A stretch of 64,000 nt of DNA. Origin: Chiloscyllium plagiosum (Eukaryota). Positions within the stretch are counted from its first letter, which is position 1. The number at the start of each line of letters is the position of its first letter. The notes beneath the pieces were generated by a model. The model was not told the origin of the DNA and searched no databases. It saw only the letters and a list, made by a program, of their open reading frames with translations. The position numbers and the translations under genes were made by a program. The DNA lies in NCBI RefSeq assembly GCF_004010195.1, contig NC_057719.1:78666666-78730665 (forward strand), written 5' to 3'. Below, piece by piece: positions 1 to 12,200 of this stretch.

Positions 1-720
1 CCGACTCTTCCGCTCTGCCTCTGCGCCAACTTTTGATTGACAGACCTGGCCGCCTTGCGGACTGGCAGTGTCATCAGTCTCTACTGTTTCCAAAAGCTTC
101 AACTTGTTCCTGACAGGTACTTCCCCTGGGGGTCTCTTGCACCTGTCTCCTCTCTGCCTTCCTCATCATTTGCTCTCTTCTGCTCTCTTCTGGCATGATT
201 GGTGTAATAACCTCGCTGAAGGTCTTGTCCAGAAAGATCTCGTTCTCTCGGGTGAGCCTAAGGTCCTCGAGTTCTTTCATCAGCGCTGCAATATGCTCGG
301 TCAATAGCTGAATGTGCACACACTTTCCACACATATACGAGCCAGACACACCTCCCACATCAAGCACGTAGCGCACTGAACCAGCTGGGCAGTCATGTCT
401 TCACCCTCTTCAACTGTGGCGTAATCACTTCACTCAACCTCCTTGTCAAAGACTCCTGAGCTGAAGCCTCACTCTTCGATCCAAACATCCTTAGACCCTC
501 TTTTTGTGGCAAGTCTGTGGACTCTTAATTTAGGTTAGAGGAGGAGGGAGGGAGGGAGACCCTACTTTGTAGGACCTGGGGTTTAGAACACACCCACTCT
601 AATAGCAATCACTTACCTTCCTGACTGGCTTTGCGCTCCGCCTGAATTTCCGCCCAGCTCCCGCCGCTCTCTGCTGCGAAAAGAAGCATGTGATGTTTCT
701 TTGCACATGCTGCTTGACCC
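1..720 (-). mobile_element. CR1-type LINE 5'UTR/ORF1 fragment
   Basis: ORF 74..376(-) reads SYMCGKCVHIQLLTEHIAALMKELEDLRLTRENEIFLDKTFSEVITP: a CxxC followed by leucine-zipper-like heptads, as in CR1 ORF1 N-termini. Confidence 0.65.
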
Positions 721-797
721 CCCTTTTGAAAATAAAAACAAGACTTGCTCTTTGTGACAACTCGTGCTTCATTCATAAATGCAGCCATTCTAAACAA

Positions 798-1194
798 GAT
801 TTGGAGGTGCCAGTGTTGGACTGGGGTGGACAAAGTTAAAAATCACACAACACCAGGTTATGGTCCAGGTTATAGATTGTTTGTTAAGTTTCTCATCTTT
901 TAGAATGAACATGTTGGTTTCAGTTCTTTCAAAGGTAACTTTAAAAAGATTCCGTGATTTACTTTTGAAAGAACTGAAACCAACATGTTACTTCCAAAAG
1001 ATGAGAGATTTAACAAACAATCCAGGTATTTTTCAATGTATAATTTCAGTTACATCACCCTGTAAATATTTGCTATAAATTCTGTATCTTACAGTCTTAT
1101 ACTCCACAACCGCCTGGTGAAGGAGCAGCGCTCTGAAAGCTAGTGCTTCCAAGTAAACCTGTTGGACTATAACCTGGTGTTGTGTAATTTTAAA
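798..1194. mobile_element. Palindromic Penelope-like non-autonomous element (family A) with degenerate hammerhead motif
   Basis: Outer inverted arms (~835-866 vs ~1163-1193), inner hairpin 875-938/959-1022, HHR-like CTGGTGA-AGGAGCAGCGCTCT-GAAAGCTA at 1114-1142, candidate TSD attc[t/c]aaacaag at 787-798/1195-1206. Confidence 0.65.
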
Positions 1195-1867
1195 ATTCCA
1201 AACAAGGGAAGTCACTGGTAGTAATGTTTTTATAATCAGCTCATTAAGTCTCACTAATTAGGGTCCTATCAGTCAATAAACGAAGGTAATGAGGATCAAA
1301 TCCTTTGGTGATGCACGGAAATCAACTGAATACTCCTGGTGAATGCAATGTTTTTGAAATGTCACTCCTGTGAAAGTCAGATTGAAGGAGGTCTGCAGAT
1401 GGCAGAGAACTGCTTTGTTAAATTGTTTATGTAGTATTGGCCTGCAGCAATGGTTTCACTAAATAGCACAGTGTGCCACTATAGTCACTTTTCCTCAGTT
1501 GCATTTTGATTCCAATCCAAAGCATATTCATAGGACATAACAGATCAAAGGAAAATTGATTTCCACAGCACCACTCATAAAACTGGCCTTAACTGGACAT
1601 CACTAGAATTAGGAACACAATTAAAACATTTAACATTTATTTTCTCTCAGATTGTTATCGGTCTTTGGGACTCTCTTTCCCAAATACCAATGGAGGTGGG
1701 GTCATTTAACAGTTTCAAAGCAGTACAGATAGATGCTTGACTACAGGTGAGACAATCTAGGATAGGCAGAATATGGAGGTGAGGCAAAATCAGATCCATC
1801 CAAGGTCTTACTGAACAGCAGAGTAGGCTCAGCGAGCTGGATGGTCTACTCATGCTGCCAATTCATA

Positions 1868-2730
1868 TTTATTTTATTCATTCAGGCGATATGGACTTGC
1901 TTGGATGGGCTAGCATTTATTGACTGTTCCCAGTTGCCCTTAAGAAGGTGGTGGTGAGCTGCCTTCTTGAATTTGCTGTTGGCACATTCAGAGGAGTGTG
2001 GAGTAGGGTGGGAATCCCAGGACTTCGACCCAGTGATACTGAAGGAACAGTGATGTGCTGGGTGATTTGGAGCTGAACTTGTAGATGTTTATTGTGTTTG
2101 TCCTTTTAAACGATAGTGATCATGGGTATCAAAGGAGCCTTGGTGAATATCTGTACTTCACTTGTAGATAGTACACATTGTTGCTACAGGGTTTTGGTGT
2201 TGGAAGGAGTGAATGTTTGTGGGTGTGAGCTGCTCTATCCTGGATGGTGCGTGTGCCTTGAGCATTGTTGGAGCTGCACTTATCCAGGCAAGTGGAGAGG
2301 TTTCCATCAAAGTTCTTCATTGTACCCTGTGGACAGGCTTTGAGGAGTTAGGAGGTGAGTTGATTGTTGCTAGGTTCCTTGCCTCTAACCTGCTCTCGAA
2401 GTTACAATATTGATTTGACTTGTTCAGATGAGTTTCTGGTCAATGGTAACCCCCGGCGTGGTGCTACTAATGGGGCATTCAGTGATGGTCTTGCCAATGA
2501 ATGTAAAGGGATTGTTGGTTAGATTTTCTCTTGTTGGAGATGAATGTTACCTGGCACTTGTGTAGTTTGAATATTACTTGCCATTTGCCATCCCAAACCT
2601 GGATATTGTCCAAGTCTTACTGCATTTGAACATGGACTGCTTCAGTATCTGAGGAATGGTGCTGAACATTATACAATCATCAGGCAACATTCCTTCTTCT
2701 GTCATTATGATGGAGGGAAGGTCATTTCAT
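1868..2730 (-). mobile_element. Old L2/CR1-like LINE 3' fragment
   Basis: Starts with the reverse complement of the ...gggcaataaatgctggc... tail seen at 11680-11745 and 17520-17590; body aligns by eye with 52490-53510. Confidence 0.6.
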
Positions 2731-3440
2731 TTGGTCATTTGGCACAAAATGACAAACCACCCAGCTCTTTTGCTGGATTATCCTTTATACTTTACTCAGA
2801 GCAAGAGATAGGATAATGGACGCAGAGGACTTAATTATCTTTCATAGGTGGAGAGGGAGGGGTGGAGTGCACGGTGGAGATTCGGTGAGAAGAGGGAGTG
2901 CTGGACTGTGTGGAGGAGATTCAGTGAGAAGAAGAAAATAACTGGAAACCTCGATTAGAACTGGACGACAGCTTAATATATTGAAACTGAAGAGCCTGCT
3001 GAGACTTGATCAATGAGGTCAGAACTGAAGAGATTTCCAGGTGTTTGGAATCATCTCTATTGTGGAATGATGTCTTATGTCTACGCCTTCAAGGTCTTTG
3101 TCATGTGATTATTGCCAGTTTTGAGAGTTTGTGGAAAACCTTTGTCAGTTGCACTCTACCTGCTGTTAACTGCTTTCAGGTGCACAAAAACAGGCACACT
3201 ACAGCTTCTTTACATTCTGAACTCCTCTCCTTGGACCCCGGATTAAAACCTCTCTACCTATGCAATTGTAGGACCTCGGGACTCAATGAGATAATTCTGC
3301 TATAACTGGCATTCTCTATTGGAACAGCATGTGATATTCTCACTCTTTCTCAAAACCGTTTGCTTCAATAAATACTGATCACTTTCCCAGTGAATTGTAA
3401 ACTCACATGTGTAAGCAACTGGGCTGCACTCTACCTTTTT

Positions 3441-3889
3441 ACCTGTCACCATGGAAAGTCCAAGATGGAACAAGTTACCCAATGTTTTCTTTCTACATGC
3501 TATTCTCCATACAATTATTGCTAACATCAGAAAAATAGTGCAACTTACCAATAAGATCCAAACCCACAGCTCAAGATCTAGGCCTAAGGTCTGATCGCTA
3601 TTGGTCATTAATGGATCTCATCCACAAGCAGACAGCCTTCTGTTCTGGCCAGCCCATCAACATGATTTATCCTGGCCTTTGCTGCCAAATTTATTCAGAA
3701 GTAGTTTTTATTGCAGGTCAGTGAGACTTAATGTGTGTTCGCACATTAACAGCAGAGTTTTAGAAAATTGCAAAGTTAACGCGATGTTGTTCTGATGTTG
3801 GCAATAGTTGTATGGAGAGTAGCGTGTAGAAAGGAAAACAAATGACATTGGGTAACTTGTTCCACCTTGGACTTTCCATGGAGACAGGT
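3441..3889. repeat. Inverted repeat, arms ~3441-3532 and ~3790-3889
   Basis: ccatggaaagtccaagatggaacaagttacccaatg...catcagaa on + recurs as a near-exact reverse complement at 3790-3889. Confidence 0.85.
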
Positions 3890-4271
3890 TAAGTTAATGC
3901 CGGGAGAACAGCCAAGAGTGCACTCATCGGGTCACAAGGTGACATTTACGCATGAGGATCTCAGCTGAGGCAGAGCAGGAACAGGGTGATGAGAAGGAGG
4001 TAGAAAAAGGCAGCCTTGGTGATAACAATAAGAAGTAGGAGAACAAGTCCACATTGTAGATGATTCTCTTTCTACGATCAGATAGAAAAGTATGAGAACA
4101 GCTCCGCCCACCTGGATAACACTGGAGAAGGTTGGTGTGGCCAATGCTGCTAAAGACTGCAGGCAGGTTGAGTGGGATGAGAAAAGAAGTTCTCCTTTGT
4201 CACAATCACATCATTTACAAGAGCTCTTTCAGTATGCAGTAAGGTAGAGTTAAGGCTGGTTTCCTTCCGGG

Positions 4272-5916
4272 AGCAGGTGGCAGCTGATTTAAAGGGAAGA
4301 GGGGCAATAGCTGAAGGGGGAGAACCATGGGCAGAGTCAGCTCCCATGGGGACCAGCAAGCTACGTCAACAGGTCAGTGCGAATGGGAACAAGAAGTTAA
4401 CATCATGGACGAGACATAAAGAGTCCAAATTGAAAACTGAGAAATTCTAGAGAAATAAGGTTCTACATTCAAATGAATCCTGCAATCAGTGTATTTCTTG
4501 GTCTCTTTCTTGTTCGATAGGACTTGTATTTTCTGTCATTGATCACCTTGTCTCAGTCCTCAGTCAGCGAGGATGGTAATATCTGTTGGTAAAAGTGTGG
4601 CCGGAGCTTCTGCACCCAACGTCTATCATTAATTACTGTCCTTCTTTAAAATTCTCCCTCGCCCGTTCTCGTTCTTGGTGTTTGCATGCTCCTGCCTGAG
4701 ATGTTTACTCAGACGGTCTGAACATACCTTTTCATTTGATTTTGACAAGGTGAAACCTTCTGTACCACTGGTTAAACTCCAGCTATTGAAATGTTCCCAG
4801 CAGCAAGCCCATGGATGGATTCCATTAATAATTCAAGCTGTTCAAACAGGAACAGGTCAGTACTTAACCTTGTGAAAATAATCCTATACCGTCAAGAATA
4901 TATTCCCTGTTCCTGCCAGAGAAGCCCAGACCAGTACAGAAATTTACTCCTTGTCCCTTTAAACCTCTTTCTTTACATAGAAACATAGAAAACATGAGTA
5001 GGCCATTCAGCCCTTTGGACCTAGTCTCTCATTCATTAAGATCATGGCTAATCATCCAACTCAGTGCCTTCTTTCTTCATCTTTTGATCCCTAGTACTTA
5101 GAACTATATCTAAATCGTACTTGAAAACATTCCATGTTTGTCCTCAACCACTTTGTGTGGCCGAGAATTTCACAGACTCGCCACTCTTCTGGCATGGTGG
5201 CTCGGTGGTTAGTACTACTGCCTCACAGTGCTGGGGACCTGGGTTCAATTCCAGCCTTGGGAGGCACGGTAATACAGTGGTTAGCACTGCTGCCTCACAG
5301 CGCTAAGGTCCCAGGTTTGATTCTAACCTCGGGCAACTGTCTGTGTGGAGTTTGCACATTCTTCTCATGTCTGCGTGGGTTTCCTCCCACAGTACAAAGG
5401 TGTGTAGGTTATGGGAATTGGCCATGCTAAATTGCCCATAGTGTCAGGTGCATTAGTTAGAGGGAAATGGATCTGGGTGGGTTACTCTTCAGAGGGTTGG
5501 TGTGGGCTGGTTGGGCGAACGGCCTGTTCCCACACTGCAGGGAATCTAATCTAATCTTCTCCGCAACTTTCACCAAACATTAAGTTCCCTATCCCTCAGA
5601 TAATTATTTGTGAATAAACTTTGGTGTGACACTCCCATCAGTGATGCCAGCCAGCTGAGAGATGGGAGGCTGGAGATGAGGTCGTGGTTTATGACGATGG
5701 TGAGGTCAACATGTGTTTTCTTGAAGGAGCTGGTGGTCATGGATCTAAAGGGAAGAGGGGCAACATCTGAAGGGAGAGAACCATGAGCAGAATCAGCTCC
5801 ATGGGGACTGGGAAGGGAGGTGAACAGTTCAGCATGAATAGGATTGACACAGCAAGACGTTGGCATCATGGAAGAGATAGTCCAAATTGAAAGCTTGAAA
5901 TTCTCAAGAAACAGCC
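4272..5916 (+). repeat. Diverged direct repeat, ~4272-4459 and ~5726-5916
   Basis: Shared blocks aaagggaagaggggcaa..ctgaaggg..agaaccatg.gcaga.tcagctcc and catcatgga.gaga..gtccaaattgaaa in the same order. Confidence 0.8.
5191..5556 (+). mobile_element. HE1/V-SINE-type tRNA-derived SINE with duplicated head
   Basis: A/B-box head occurs twice (5191, 5263), then core gtgtggagtttgcacattct...ggccatgctaaattgccc and (aatct)n tail. Confidence 0.85.
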
Positions 5917-6212
5917 TCAGTTCTGCATCTGCCATTGATGCTCAGTACACTTTCTCCAGATGGGAAAGAAAGCGCATAGGTGGTGCAAGCCTGCTGTCTG
6001 GAATTGTGTGTGACCTTCTCTGTAAACAAATGTCTTATAACCATCTTGTGAGTCATTAGGAGAAAATACATGTCACATTGGAATAGATAGATGATCATCA
6101 AGATGTAGGGTGTGGGTAAATGAAGCTTGTTATATTGGTGAGTGAGGTATGAAGAGAGGAAAGTGTAGTGCCGGAGAATGAAGGAAAGCAGGAGAGGGAG
6201 GTTTTGTGATTG

Positions 6213-6392
6213 GTGAGGCTGGTACAATTGCAACATTTAAGAGGCATTTGGATGGGTATATGAATAGGAAGGATTTGGAGGGATATGGTTCGGGTGCTAG
6301 CAGGTGGGACTAGATTGGGTTGGGAATCTGGTCAGTGTGGACAGGTTGGACCGAAGGATCTGTTTCCATGCTGTACATCTCTATGACTCTAT
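6213..6392 (+). mobile_element. CR1 LINE 3' end
   Basis: gaggctggtacaattgcaacatttaagaggcatttggatggg...ctatgactctat, same as the 3' end of the long CR1 at 50740-50915. Confidence 0.85.
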
Positions 6393-6827
6393 AAGAGAGT
6401 AAGAGAACTGTGCTGTTTGCTTGACAACTCTGGTGAGATATTGTAACATCGCAGATATGTCCAGTGCACTAGTCGTTTGGCTGGCACTAACTCTGTCATC
6501 TCTTCTCTTTGACAATGTGCTTGATACTTGTAGGGCTTCCTACCACCTGGGGGAAAGATGTCTCTCTCCTTCTGGTTGTTGCTTTCATATGGGCTTTTCC
6601 AGACAGTATCCAATGTGCTCAGTACTTGCTTCAACCATATACACCTCTGATGGAAAATCTGTCCCACAGCTCAAATTAACAGCCCCTTTAAGTGGCATCA
6701 TTGATGCTCAATATTCAAGATTGCACCCTCCCTCCCCACAGCAGTCGCTAATAAGTAACATGGGTTCTTTCCGAGAGTGTTATCAGTAGGTACGAGTAAA
6801 GGGCTGACTGGGTTACACCGATGAGTT

Positions 6828-7110
6828 GTCATCGAATCCCGACAATGCGGAAAGACGCCATTCAGCCCACTGAGTCTACGCTTACCCTCAGAAAAGCGTC
6901 CCACACAGACCCAACCTTCCACCCTATCCCTAGCACCCCGTGTTTAGCATGACTAATCCACTTAACCTGCACATTTTTGGGCTGTTGGAGGAAATCCATG
7001 CGGACGCAGGGAGAACACGCAGACTCCACACAGGCAGTAAGTCAAGCCTGAATCGAATATGGGTCCCTGACACAGTGAGGCAGCAGTGTTAATCTACTCA
7101 GCCACCCTGC
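6828..7110 (-). mobile_element. Diverged HE1/V-SINE-type SINE
   Basis: Reverse complement of SINE core and head (aacctgcacatttttgg...gtgaggcagcagtg). Confidence 0.7.
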
Positions 7111-8037
7111 TCAACCCCCACCCCAGGTCAGGCTCTGATCTCCTTTCTAAGGTATGTGTCAGTGGATGAATGTTGAGCCATCCTCATTCACTTCCATCTT
7201 GAAGTGGTAGGATTGGCCAGTTGAAAAGACCAGATTAAGCTTGACAGCATCTTCACGCAGTGCCAGGCTTCTTTCACCACAATAATTGCCTGCCAGTGGT
7301 GCTTGTGTTGGCTGGCATTTGCCTGCCCTCTGGTGAGGTTCATGCTGTAAGACTGAAAAGCCGGTAGCCAATTGAACTTGACTAGTTCCTGGGTTCTCAC
7401 TGTGAATTTTCTCCAAGCTTTTTCTGCTTTAGTCTCTCCATTCCTCAGGTTTTTACACAATATTAGTTGGGATTTTGACAGCTCATTCTAACTTTGAGCA
7501 ATTTCAGGAAAAAAATTAAATACCTTTGTACGTGCAATGCATAATAATTCTTACATGTTCTCGCCAGGATTAGATATTTAGCCACACAATACTGACTAAA
7601 CTGTGCCATCTTCTGCACAATCTGCCTGTGACAAATTTTACAAATTGTTTTAGGCAAATACCTGTCCAAATAGAGCAGATAAAGAGGAACTGTTCCCATT
7701 GGCAGAGGTATCAAAAACTATTGGATGCCATTTGAGGTGATTGACAAGGGAACCAATTTTGTTTGTGCAGTTGATCGCAGGATAGTGTGTAGGAGTCTGC
7801 TGAAGGCTAATTCTGTTGTAGTTTTCAGAAAAGAATTGGATAAGCTGCTAAAGAAAGATAAATTCCAGGGGTAGGGGAACGGGCATGGGGAGTGGGTCTG
7901 GCTGAAATGCTTTTGCAAAGAACTGACATGGGCTGAATAATTTCTTTCAGCGCGGCTATGATTATGTGCCAAGACTGGATTTTTAAGCACCAAAGAAGCA
8001 GGAATGCCGGGGAATGGGCCAACAATGCCAGCATCAT

Positions 8038-8105
8038 GCCCAAAACGTCGACTCTTCTGCTCCTCAGACCCTGCCTGAGCTGCTGTGCTTTTCCAGCGCC
8101 ACCCT
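8038..8105 (+). mobile_element. Fragment of family B Penelope-like terminal repeat
   Basis: aaaacgtcgactcttctgctcctc...gctgtgcttttccagc matches 13646-13700 and 42490-42545. Confidence 0.6.
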
Positions 8106-8743
8106 TTTTGACAATGTCTCACCACAAGTCGGCATGCTAGTCTCCCAACATGATGCCACCTGTCGGTGTTTTCATTCCAGGAGAATTGATGAAGTAGGGT
8201 GAATGCAAAGAGTGGGTAGGCCCATTCAGCCAATCAAGGCCACGGAAAGAAGTGGGATTACCCTTCCACTGAGGCTAAAATGTGCTCAAATGGTCAAGGA
8301 GGCCTGAGAAGGTGGTAACTCTCTCAGAAAGTACGGAGTCTGTGGAATTCTTCACTGCAGAGTGCTGTGGAGGCTGAGTCATTAGGTATACTCAAGGCTC
8401 AGATAGACAGAATTTGAATCAGTGGAGGAATCAAGAGTTATGGGGGAAATTGCAGGGAATTGGAATTAAGGATTACCAAGTCATCTCACTGAATGGCTGA
8501 CTTCTGCTCCTATGTCTTCTGGTTCCCAAATACTGGAGTGGGGGAACCAGGGCTTCATCAAGCTCAGAGAGCTCCCTTCCTACACTTGCCACAGTCACAA
8601 GGCAACAACTGTGGCCACTGTCCGTCCAGGAGAGAGAGGTTGACCCTGCATTTTGACAAAAGCCTGACACATGTGACCCGTGTGATGCTAATATTTAAAG
8701 GTTTTTCAGAGGGCACCGTCATCTCTGAGGTGTGCCCCCGCTG

Positions 8744-8824
8744 TGTCTCTCTTTCTCTCTGTGTCTCTTTCTTTGTTTCTCTCTCTTGCTTTCTATATGC
8801 CCTTGTCTCTCTCTCTCTCTCTCT
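8744..8824. repeat. Imperfect (CT)n microsatellite
   Basis: Visible CT/GT-rich run. Confidence 0.85.
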
Positions 8825-9754
8825 GTCCAACCTGCATCAACACTTTCAGCCTTGATGGTATGCTGCTGACTTGTCAGTGCTAGAGGCCCTGCTATTGGAT
8901 GCCTTGCCAGAGGGGCCCACCTGCCATCTTTAAGTGGGTGGTGAGCACATTTTCTGGGCACAAATCAGCCTGCTCATTAAAAATCAAATTGGACACTAGC
9001 TGCTAAAGTCAATATGCCTTTCAGGTCCTCATCCTGGACGAAGATTCCACCGTTGAAATTAAGAAGAATACAGGAAGGTAGTCGATTTTTGCCTTTCCCC
9101 TGTCCCCATTTCCCTCCCACTCTGCCCCCCCACCCCCAATCTCTCTCCCGCTCTGCCTCTGCCTGTCTTGTCCCCCATCCCCACTCTGCCCCTCCCCATC
9201 TCCCTCACTCTGCCCCTGGGCATTAAATATGGGAAGACACTTGATATTTCCAACTGTTTTCATTTAACTCAAGCTGCAGTTTACTTTATTAGTTATTGCA
9301 AGGTACAGAGTGAATATTGGGGAAGTATTAAAAAAATCAAATGCAGAAGATTGCCTGCTTTAGATGAGTGAGATGGAAGATCAGCGAGATCAACAGTTGC
9401 TGCAGTAGTTCAAAGCCTGCCATTTGACAAATGAGATTAGTTTTGACTTCCAGCATTTCCCACTCCTGACTCTTGCTCAGGAAGGCTAATGGAATGCTGG
9501 CTTTCATTACAAGTGGAATTGAACATGAAAAAGTACTTTCAATTTTGCTCCTTTTCTCACCTTCACTCTCCAATCTGTAACCCCAGTCACAAATCTCCAA
9601 CTGAAGGGTCTCCTTTTGTCATTATACCCAGGGAATTGCTGATCATGTAACACTAAGACTTCCCTAAGGAGCTGCCTTTAAGTTCAGAGTAAAGTATGGT
9701 TTTTGAAATGAACTTTGAATTCTCGAAGGTGAGTTTAAAAGGACAGCAGCATTC

Positions 9755-11328
9755 AGAAACATAACAACATGCAAGCTAAAGCTGCCCATAGACTGATTCA
9801 AATATCCAGCTCCCCACTCTCGGCATACCATTGTAATTCAGCTTTTTAGTATCATTTTTCTGGCACTAGTCCATAATTACCGCAGTCATTGGACTCAATT
9901 TCACATCTTGCCAAGGTGAAATACAAGCTCATTGCCAACCCTGATTAACTGTCGTACACTCAGATCCCCAGTTTACTGAGGCACATGCATTGGGACTGTT
10001 ATGTTCTAGGATGGTATATCAGCAGGAAATATGCCAGGTTTTGCTTATCTTCTGTCAAAGTTATGATAAATAAATGAGAATGCTTTTGTAGTCTGTTAAG
10101 CTCTTTCTTTGGCTAAAGTATGTGTGAGGGCATCACCTTCATGCCTAATGACTCGCGCAGCCTTGTTGATCTGCGTGTTCACATTGCAAGGGTGCTCTTG
10201 TGACCTTGGCTATATGTTCAACTTTTCAATAGTGAGCTTCTTCAGAATGAGACTGTGCAAGTGCTTGGTGAGGTGAAACCAGATATGGAGCATTACGTGC
10301 TGTGTTTTGAAACAAACATCGAGAACAACTATTACAGTCAGACCAGATAGTTTAATTGGAAGCTGCATAATAATGTAAAATAATGAATGCATTACCTGTC
10401 CCCACGAAAGCAAGTCATCTGGCTTTGATTAAACGACATTTGCTAAATTGTCACTCCTGCATGTCATCCACCTTACAGTCCATCCCAACTGAAGCCAATT
10501 AAACTGACTGCAGGCTCTCATCCCCCTCTCATTGTAACCTGCCAGAAGGTAGCGATCTATCAGACCTCCTGCCAAATGCTTGGACCATCGACTCAGCAAT
10601 ACAACAGGGGTGCTGGCTTTATTGATGACTTGCATGGAAATGACAAATTTCTGCGCCTAAGTCTGCGAAATGAAGACATTTAAAGCCAGCTTGTGAACAT
10701 CTCGACTAACGTTGTTTTAGAACTGCCTGCTTGAAGGTTGCTTAAAATAAAACATTTCACTTAGCGCTTTATTCTAATCCTCTCTCTTTGGGGGAATAAA
10801 ATGGTCAAGAGTTCATAAAACTTGACGGTAATGAATGAAAATACATTTTGCAAAGTAGATACTTTCATCATTGATCTAATTGTAGAGGGGAAAGAAACAG
10901 TCTCAGATTGGCTAAAAACTCAACAACCTGTGATTCTGGGTTGGGTGAACTGACCTGGAGCCAACGATGATGAACACAGCTTGCCACTATTAACCAATTT
11001 AAACATATCCCTTTGTGGATGTGCCTGACCAGCAACTGAAGTTGCAAACTGGGGATCTGCCTCACGCTGACAGTTCTATGAAAAGTGCTTCAAATGCATG
11101 TGCCTCAGTAAACTGGGCATCTGAGTGTACGATAGTTAATCAGGTTGGCAGTGAGTTTGCATTCCATCTTGGCGAGATGTGAAATTGAATCCAATGACTG
11201 CGGTAATTATGGGCCAGTGCTAGAAAAATGACCCGACAAGCTGAATTACAACAGTATGCCGAGAGTGGAGGAAGTGGATGGTTGACTCAGTGGATGGGGA
11301 GCTTTGGCTTGGACATCGTTGTGCTTCT
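9755..11328. repeat. Long inverted repeat, ~235-bp arms (~9755-9992, ~11091-11328) around a ~1.1-kb spacer
   Basis: ccataattaccgcagtcattgga and ccagtttactgaggcacatgcatt on the left match reverse complements tccaatgactgcggtaattatgg and aatgcatgtgcctcagtaaactgg on the right. Confidence 0.85.
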
Positions 11329-11329
11329 T

Positions 11330-12200
11330 CATTCATTCCACTTACCCAGACAAATGGAGAGTATGTCATTAGACTCTTGACATGATTAGATTAGATTAGA
11401 TTGAGAGGCTTTGGTAAGTCAGGAGCTGAGTCATTCCCTGCAGGATTCCCAGTTTCTGATGTGCTCCAACAGCCACAGTATTATGAGCAGTAAAGGTTCT
11501 GATCAATGGTGATCCTTGGAATCCACCACCAAGAAGAGCAAGGGTGGCATGGGCCTTGAAGTGACTTAGAACTATTTTTCCATGCCTTCATTGTCATTAG
11601 CTCAAACTCTCCCCTTCACAGTGCTGTAGGTGTGTGACCTGTGATGGGTAGAGAAGCTAGCTCACTCACATCTTCTCAAGGATAGTTAGGATGAGCAATA
11701 AATGCCAACCTTCTCTGTGACTCCAACATCCAACAAAGAGTTTTATTTTCAGATTGATAGTGGTGCAACACTCTTTCTTTAAGTTGGTTCTCTGCTTCAT
11801 GTTTGGTTAGCACAGTGCTACTTACCCTGAGCCTGAATGTTGCCCAGGTCTTGTTGCATTTGACACAGACAGCTTCATTATCTAAGCAGTTGTGAATGGA
11901 GCTAAGCACTGTGGAATCATCATATACGAGACTGAGGAGAGTTATTATTGAAGCAGCCTAAAACACTGCCCTGAGAAATTGCTGTAAGTCACATCAGTTG
12001 TGAGCTTGGTGACTTGCATCCAGCCCAACTATTTTCCATTATAGTAGATATAATTCCAGCCAGAGACTCATTCCCATAGACTTCAGCTTAACAATGGCTC
12101 ATTAGTTTCACAATCTGCCACATTCTGACTTAAAGTCAAGGGCAACTGAGCCAATTTTCGCTCTGAAATACAGCTACTCTGTCCATGTTCAAGGCTGGGA
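11330..12200. mobile_element. Mosaic of old L2/CR1-like LINE fragments in both orientations
   Basis: 11330-11520 and 11750-12200 resemble 2270-2730 and 52800-53500 (-); a + strand tail ends in gatgagcaataaatgcc near 11690-11710. Confidence 0.5.

Noticed and set aside
3300..3608. Small membrane-protein gene (hydrophobic 102-aa ORF, minus)
   Set aside because: No recognisable family; the inverted copy has a stop and an indel, and no partner exons were found.
7718..8233. 171-aa minus-strand ORF
   Set aside because: Crosses old CR1 3'UTR sequence and a family B fragment; chance open frame.
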